Sequence record: DRR723986_8478
Length of the DNA stretch: 53,702 bases
Direction: 5' to 3' (one strand)
The first letter of the stretch is position 1, and each line of letters starts with the position of its first letter. The notes beneath the pieces are model-generated. The model saw only the letters and a list, made by a program, of their open reading frames with translations. It did not search any database and had not been told where the DNA came from. Positions 48,329 through 53,702 of the stretch are shown here, one piece after another. A program made the translations under genes and the position numbers.

Positions 48329-49426
48329 ATGCAGGCTAAAAAAACAATCACGTCGTCAATCATTGGCAAATACAAGAAAAGCAAATATGCATTGCTAGTC
48401 GCCCTCATGGGCTTGGCATTTGCAGGCGCTCCAGGCCATGCCGACGAGTCAGATGAGGTTTCAAAACTTATTCAAAGCGGTCAATTTGAACAGGCACAGG
48501 CACGCGCAGACGCATACCTGGCCAACCGGCCCAATGACGCACAGATGCGTTTTCTGAAGGGTCTGATTTTGACTGAGCGCAACAAAACCGCAGAAGCCAT
48601 CACCGTGTTCACAAAGCTGACCGAAGATTTTCCGGAGCTGCCTGAGCCCTACAACAACCTGGCAGTGCTGTACGCGGGGCGCGGAGAGTATGAAAAAGCC
48701 CGCGAGTCTCTGGAAATGGCAATTCGCACCCACCCAAGCTATGCCACCGCCCATGAAAACCTAGGCGACGTCTACGCGAAGCTGGCCAGCCAGTCCTACG
48801 ACAAGGCACTTCAACTGGACGGGCGCAATTCAACCGCTCAAACCAAACTTTCATTGGTGCGCAACCTGATTGCCGGCAAGCCCGAAACTGTGGCTGTGGC
48901 GGCAGCACCAACAGCCGCACCAGCTAGCAAGCCAGCACCCGCAAAAACTGCACCCGCGGCAGTGCCCACCCCGCCGGTGGTTGCTGCAACCCCACCCGCA
49001 GTTGAAGTTGCGCCCAGCAAACCAGCCCCGGCAGAGCCTGCCATTACAGCCAGCAAACCTGCTGAACCAAAACCCAATACCATCGGTATGGACAGCCAGG
49101 TACTGGCTGCCGTTGAAGCCTGGGCCAAGGCATGGACGGATCAAGACATGGCCGGTTATCTCGGTGCCTACAGCCAAGACTTTGAAACCCCAGGCAAAAT
49201 GAACCGTGCAAACTGGGAAAAAATGCGCGAGCAGCGTATTGTCGGCAAGGAAACCATTCGCGTGGTAGTTGAGAACCCGTTGATCACCATCACTGGCAAT
49301 GAGGCCGTGGTGAAATTCAAGCAAAGCTATTTCTCCAACCGCCTGAACAATGTGTCCACCAAAACACTGACCATGAAACAGGAAGGCGGCACCTGGAAAA
49401 TCACCAGCGAGAGGGTGGGCGGTTAA
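48329..49426 (+). CDS. Exported TPR protein with Pro/Ala linker and C-terminal NTF2-like domain
   Basis: Signal peptide, TPRs (PELPEPYNNLAVLY, AHENLGDVY), a PA-rich linker and WAKAW...YLGAYS...WKITSE. Start is uncertain. Confidence 0.85.
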   Translation: MQAKKTITSSIIGKYKKSKYALLVALMGLAFAGAPGHADESDEVSKLIQSGQFEQAQARADAYLANRPNDAQMRFLKGLILTERNKTAEAITVFTKLTEDFPELPEPYNNLAVLYAGRGEYEKARESLEMAIRTHPSYATAHENLGDVYAKLASQSYDKALQLDGRNSTAQTKLSLVRNLIAGKPETVAVAAAPTAAPASKPAPAKTAPAAVPTPPVVAATPPAVEVAPSKPAPAEPAITASKPAEPKPNTIGMDSQVLAAVEAWAKAWTDQDMAGYLGAYSQDFETPGKMNRANWEKMREQRIVGKETIRVVVENPLITITGNEAVVKFKQSYFSNRLNNVSTKTLTMKQEGGTWKITSERVGG

Positions 49427-50722
49427 ATGTGGTTTAGAAGCAGGCTCCGCGGAATGCCCAGAGGATTGCGCTTGGTCGCACCCCTGATGTTTTGGGCATT
49501 GACGGCGGCTCCCACTTTTGTGAAGTCTGGCACTCAGGAGTCATTCGACCTTGCGGCCTACAGCAACCCTGAGCCCAAAAAGAGTTCACTGGCCAGTAAG
49601 TTGTTTGAATCGGCCAGCTACGAGCCAGTCATCGACACGGCAGTTGAAGAAATTTACCTGGCTCTCAGTAATCACGAGTTGAACAAAGCGCTTGAATTGA
49701 CCGACCGCTTGTTGAGTGAATTTCCCAATTTTTACCTTGGTCACATGCTCAAGGGCGATATTCTGTCGCTGAAAGCGGGTCGCCCCCTGACCAAAATTGG
49801 AGACATGCCAGATGTACCCAAAGGCAAACAGGAAGAACTGACCGAATTGCGCGAGGAAGCAATCGCGCGCTTCAAAGCGGTGAAAGACCGTCCGCAACGG
49901 GACCTGCTGCCTGCTGAGTTGGTTGAATTGAACGATGACCAGCGTTACGTAATCTTGGTGGATACCACCCGATCGAGACTGTTTCTGTATGAAAATGCAT
50001 TTCCTCAACCCCGCCTCGTGACCGACTTTTACGTGTCCCAAGGCAAAATGGGAGCAGTGAAGGTACGTGAGGGTGATAAACGTACGCCCATCGGCGTGTA
50101 CACCATCACTGAACTGCTGCCAAAAGAAAAACTGACTGACTTTTACGGTCCGATCGCCCTTCCCATCGACTACCCGAACGCTTGGGACAGGCGCCTTGGG
50201 AAAACCGGCTATGGCATATGGCTGCACGGGATGCCCAAGCACTATGTAAGCCGACCGCCCAAAGCCAGCGATGGCTGCGTAGTATTGGCAAACCAGGATC
50301 TGCTCGCCTTGAAAAAGTTTGTTGATATTGGCACGACTCAGGTCGTGATTAGTGAAAGGCTAGACTTCGTACCGGTTGACGTGTGGCAGAGTCACCGAAA
50401 AGCGGCCCTGCGAATGGTGGACACCTGGAAGAAAGATCTTGAAAAAGGTTTCTCGAAAGGGATTTACCATTACGCGAGCGATGTCAAAATTGACGGACAA
50501 GGTCTGATTGAGTGGCAAAAGGCCCAACAGATCGGCAACAAATCGTTTGGAAAGATATCCATCGACGACCTCACGGTCATGCGTTACCCCAGCGACAAAG
50601 ACATGATGCTGGTGTCTTTCAAGCAAGAGGACAATTTGTCGGGGGAAATTCGTAAACAACAATACTGGATGAAGGTCGGCACTCGTTGGCAAATTGTCCA
50701 AGAAGACACCTTTAAACTTTAA
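49427..50722 (+). CDS. L,D-transpeptidase/carboxypeptidase (YkuD) with C-terminal NTF2-like domain
   Basis: [15 protein letters not shown] and catalytic IWLHG...SDGCV. Confidence 0.9.
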   Translation: MWFRSRLRGMPRGLRLVAPLMFWALTAAPTFVKSGTQESFDLAAYSNPEPKKSSLASKLFESASYEPVIDTAVEEIYLALSNHELNKALELTDRLLSEFPNFYLGHMLKGDILSLKAGRPLTKIGDMPDVPKGKQEELTELREEAIARFKAVKDRPQRDLLPAELVELNDDQRYVILVDTTRSRLFLYENAFPQPRLVTDFYVSQGKMGAVKVREGDKRTPIGVYTITELLPKEKLTDFYGPIALPIDYPNAWDRRLGKTGYGIWLHGMPKHYVSRPPKASDGCVVLANQDLLALKKFVDIGTTQVVISERLDFVPVDVWQSHRKAALRMVDTWKKDLEKGFSKGIYHYASDVKIDGQGLIEWQKAQQIGNKSFGKISIDDLTVMRYPSDKDMMLVSFKQEDNLSGEIRKQQYWMKVGTRWQIVQEDTFKL

Positions 50723-50733
50723 GGAACGAGTCA

Positions 50734-51336
50734 GTGATTCAAGGCAAACGTGTTTTTCTCAAGTGGTCGATGTTCTCGGCGATAGCTGTTAGCATCGGTA
50801 ATTCTTCAATCTCCTCTGCGTTTGCAAAAGCGAAAAAACGAACCATGGTTAAACTTAAAACTAATTTTGGCGACATCACCATTGCGCTGGACGCTGAAAA
50901 AGCCCCAGCCACCGTTGCGAACTTTCTGGAGTACGCGAAAAGCGGCTTCTACACCAATACCATTTTCCACCGTGTCATCAGCGGCTTCATGGTACAAGGC
51001 GGCGGCTTCGAGCCTGGCATGAAACAAAAACCCACCAAAGACCCGGTAAAAAACGAAGCTGACAATGGCTTGAAAAACGAGAAATACACGATTGCCATGG
51101 CCCGTACCAACGATCCACATTCGGCAACCGCACAGTTTTTCATCAACGTTGAAAACAATGAATTCCTGAACTTCAAAAGCCCGACACCACAAGGTTGGGG
51201 CTACTGCGTGTTTGGCAAAGTCACTGAAGGCAAAGAAGTGGTTGACAAGATTGTGGGCGTAAAAACTGGCTCAAAGGGCTTTCACCAAGATGTACCTCTG
51301 GAAGACGTGGTCATTCAGGGTGTCGAAGTACTCTAA
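50734..51336 (+). CDS. ppiB: Cyclophilin-type peptidyl-prolyl isomerase
   Basis: IFHRVI, QGGG, IAMART and QFFIN, with a PpiB-type QGWGYCVFG. Two candidate starts: GTG 50734 (with leader) and ATG 50845. Confidence 0.9.
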   Translation: MIQGKRVFLKWSMFSAIAVSIGNSSISSAFAKAKKRTMVKLKTNFGDITIALDAEKAPATVANFLEYAKSGFYTNTIFHRVISGFMVQGGGFEPGMKQKPTKDPVKNEADNGLKNEKYTIAMARTNDPHSATAQFFINVENNEFLNFKSPTPQGWGYCVFGKVTEGKEVVDKIVGVKTGSKGFHQDVPLEDVVIQGVEVL

Positions 51337-51350
51337 GTCAGCCTCCGTTG

Positions 51351-51379
51351 AAAAAGCCCTTCTCTCAAGGGCTTTTTTT
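51351..51379 (+). terminator. Rho-independent terminator
   Basis: AAAAAGCCCTT-CTCTC-AAGGGCTTTTTTT. Confidence 0.88.
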
Positions 51380-51403
51380 ATGACTTTTTAATCAGGTAAC
51401 AAG

Positions 51404-52231
51404 TTGATTGAAATTCCTCCATCAGGCGCCGCATTCTTTGCCTCCGATCTACACCTCTCTGAACAAACTCCCAATACCCTTGAAGCCTTTGAAAACTGGT
51501 TGGCCAATGTCGCTCAGGACCAAACGCTCATCTTTTTGCTTGGAGACCTTTTTGAGGTTTGGTACGGAGACGATTACAGCGACAGCTCAAGCAAGCGAGT
51601 AACTCAAGCAGTTCAAAGTGCAAAATCCGCCGGAGCCACGCTGTATTTCATGCATGGGAACCGCGACTTCCTGCTCGGTGACCAATTTGCAGAAGAGGCT
51701 GGACTCGAGATTCTTCCGGATCCTGAATTTTTGCTGGTCAACCACCAAATAGTACTGATTACCCACGGCGATCAACTTTGCACGGACGACAAAACTTATC
51801 AAAAATTCAGGCTTCAGAGCCGAGATGACAAGTGGCAAAAAAACTTCCTCTCACTGCCCCTACAGCAACGAATAGAAATGGCCAAAGCCATTCGCAGTGA
51901 AAGCAAAATACACAAAGCTAACAGCGCCATGAGCATCATGGATGTCAACCTGCAAGCAGTTGCGGAATCATTCAAGGGTAATTGGCCCGATGGATATTAC
52001 GTGGGCAAAAGCGATGTCATTTTGCATGGACACACACACCGCTGTGGCATACACCACACATTAAATGCCCCAGCACCCATCACACCAGAATCTGCGCAGG
52101 GGCAACTGCAGAAGGGTCAAAGAATAGTATTACCCGACTGGAATTTTGATGAACCAGAAAAAAACCGCCCTAAAGGCGGTTTCTTGAAACTGGACAGCAA
52201 AGGCGAATTCAGCCTGAATCTTTTCAACTAG
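51404..52231 (+). CDS. lpxH: UDP-2,3-diacylglucosamine hydrolase
   Basis: SDLHL, LGDLFE.W.GDD, HGNRDF, HGD.LCTDD, HGHTHR and VLPDW. Follows ppiB. Confidence 0.93.
   Translation: MIEIPPSGAAFFASDLHLSEQTPNTLEAFENWLANVAQDQTLIFLLGDLFEVWYGDDYSDSSSKRVTQAVQSAKSAGATLYFMHGNRDFLLGDQFAEEAGLEILPDPEFLLVNHQIVLITHGDQLCTDDKTYQKFRLQSRDDKWQKNFLSLPLQQRIEMAKAIRSESKIHKANSAMSIMDVNLQAVAESFKGNWPDGYYVGKSDVILHGHTHRCGIHHTLNAPAPITPESAQGQLQKGQRIVLPDWNFDEPEKNRPKGGFLKLDSKGEFSLNLFN
52158..52182 (-). terminator. Probable cysE terminator embedded in the lpxH coding sequence
   Basis: Minus strand reads AAACCGCC-TTTAG-GGCGGTTTTTTT, about 45 nt after the cysE stop. Confidence 0.65.
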
Positions 52232-52995
52232 TTGTCAACCAGCTTGTTCAAGGCTTTCAACTCTTCACAATCCACGGAGTCACCACAATCTGGCTCCGAT
52301 TTGCCTTTGCTCAGCTGTTTTTCGAGCAGTTCGATGCGTTGTTGCTGGGCAATCGCCTGATCAATCAAACCATGCATGGCCTTGATCAGCGGATCATCGC
52401 CATTCTTGGAGACACCATAAGCCGAAAATTCTTCCTTGGTTTTGGCCGCCCCAGTCAGCTCCTCACTTGCAGCACGTTCTTCAGTCTTCAAAATCATGCG
52501 GGCCGGGTTGCCTACCGCTGTTGCGCCGGCTGGAACGGGCTTGGTCACTACCGCATTCGACCCTATTTTGGCACCCTCGCCCACCGTAAATGGTCCCAAA
52601 ACCTGAGCTCCCGCGCCTACAACGACACCCCTTTCCAGCGTAGGGTGACGTTTACCTTTGGCCAAGGAAGTCCCCCCCAGGGTTACGCCTTGGTAAATGG
52701 TCACATCGTCGTGAATCTCTGCGGTTTCACCGATTACCACGCCCATGCCGTGATCGATAAACACGCGTCGACCGATATTTGCGCCCGGATGAATTTCAAT
52801 GCCAGTGAAAAAACGGCCCAAATGCGACAAAAAACGCGCCAGGGTTGTTAAACCTGCACCCCAAGCCTTGTGGGCCAAACGATGCCAAATCAGGGCATGT
52901 AGGCCGGGATAGCACAAAAAGACCTCCAGACGCCCTCGAGCCGCCGGGTCTTTTTTCAAAATCGTGTCAATGTCTTCTTGTAGTCGAATCCACAT
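52228..52995 (-). CDS. cysE: Serine O-acetyltransferase
   Basis: [33 protein letters not shown] and KRHPT. Start taken at ATG 52995. Confidence 0.96.
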   Translation of the reverse strand: MWIRLQEDIDTILKKDPAARGRLEVFLCYPGLHALIWHRLAHKAWGAGLTTLARFLSHLGRFFTGIEIHPGANIGRRVFIDHGMGVVIGETAEIHDDVTIYQGVTLGGTSLAKGKRHPTLERGVVVGAGAQVLGPFTVGEGAKIGSNAVVTKPVPAGATAVGNPARMILKTEERAASEELTGAAKTKEEFSAYGVSKNGDDPLIKAMHGLIDQAIAQQQRIELLEKQLSKGKSEPDCGDSVDCEELKALNKLVDN

Positions 52996-53065
52996 GCGCG
53001 GAAAGCCCTGAATCAATTGTGATTGATGCGTCAAACGCTGGTCGCCGCAGTGTATCACGGCTGAA

Positions 53066-53702
53066 TCACGGCTTCTTGCGCTCAAATTCATGTGGATAAA
53101 GGCGATTGTCGACCACACGGAGCACATCAGAAAAAAAGCCTCTAAGCATATCCACCTCTTCTTGCTCCAAAGGTGTCTTGGCCAACATCCTCGCCAAACG
53201 CTGCACCACTTTCTTCGGTTTGTCGGGATTGATAAAGTCAACCGCTGCCATGGCTTGAAGCCAATGAGCCTGCAAATCCGATACAGCCTTCACCGTCGCC
53301 AGTTTACCCCCCTGACGAATACTGCCAGCCAGGGAGTCTTGAGTAGCCACCGTCCATTCACCAGCCATCCATTCCGTGCGCAGCGCATAGGCCACAATCT
53401 GCACGGCTTGTGACAAATTCAGGGAACTGTAAAGTGGGTTTGCGGCAATGGTCACCTGCCGATTGCACACCAGCAGTTCCTCGTTGCTTAGACCAGTTCG
53501 CTCCGCACCAAACACAAAAGCTGCACCGATCCCGCTTTCCGTCAGACTCAACGCCTCTCGTGCCGCCTCTTGCGGGCTTTGTAGATGCGGTCCCAAATCA
53601 CGCAAACGAGCCGACAGAGCAAACGCAACGCTTCGATCAGCCAAGGCATCGGGCAAGGAGTTGTAAACACGAGCCTGTTCCAGCACATCAGTGGCGCCAC
53701 TG
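53066..53702 (-). CDS. trmJ: SPOUT tRNA methyltransferase TrmJ/LasT family (5' end outside the window)
   Basis: [13 protein letters not shown] and [10 protein letters not shown] motifs. Upstream of cysE. Confidence 0.88.
   Translation of the reverse strand, partial: SGATDVLEQARVYNSLPDALADRSVAFALSARLRDLGPHLQSPQEAAREALSLTESGIGAAFVFGAERTGLSNEELLVCNRQVTIAANPLYSSLNLSQAVQIVAYALRTEWMAGEWTVATQDSLAGSIRQGGKLATVKAVSDLQAHWLQAMAAVDFINPDKPKKVVQRLARMLAKTPLEQEEVDMLRGFFSDVLRVVDNRLYPHEFERKKP

Noticed and set aside
48890..49080. Repetitive GCA/CCA-rich tract
   Set aside because: It encodes the Pro/Ala linker of the TPR protein and is not a DNA repeat array or CRISPR.
52996..53241. 82-aa N-terminal extension of cysE in the ORF track
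   Set aside because: It overlaps trmJ, and CysE homology begins at ATG 52995.
1..53702. CRISPR arrays, tRNA/rRNA, IS elements, integrases, prophage, inteins or programmed frameshifts
   Set aside because: None were seen. Intergenic gaps are short and largely explained, and all recognised genes appear intact.

Overview
This is a gene-dense chromosomal core region of a betaproteobacterium. The synteny is Burkholderiales-type; a Limnobacter-like source is my inference and is not proven. I found no rRNA, tRNA, CRISPR array, IS, integrase or prophage. In order, the window holds: the 5' part of glnA with a clear sigma54 promoter and tandem NtrC boxes; a rhodanese; a minus-strand block of alaA-hom-thrC, a sigma54 response regulator and sensor kinase, then mobB-moeA-moaD-moaE-fluC; Mth938-like, SMR, bcp and phoH genes; dnaB and the rpsF-priB-rpsR-rplI operon; a ~12 kb lipid cluster (fadD, FFLEELY-motif protein, laoC-laoB-laoA-like alcohol oxidation genes, lipase, two-domain fatty acyl-CoA reductase, phasin, patatin, TetR, ACBP); ArsR, prfC and a TAXI-TRAP transporter; a second lipid module; cysS-alkA-accA-tilS followed by a DEDDh exonuclease and a NERD-SF1 helicase; and TPR protein, L,D-transpeptidase, cyclophilin, lpxH, cysE and trmJ. 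The best leads are: (1) a helicase whose NERD nuclease domain has lost its acidic catalytic residues and sits 3 nt from an intact DEDDh exonuclease; (2) co-clustered fatty-alcohol synthesis and oxidation genes with granule proteins; (3) an unannotated 41-aa single-pass membrane ORF; (4) a PpiB-type cyclophilin with an optional Tat-like leader; (5) a two-component system inserted into the Moco operon; (6) an orphan ArnG-like flippase. All family calls come from motif recognition by eye. No database searches were run.
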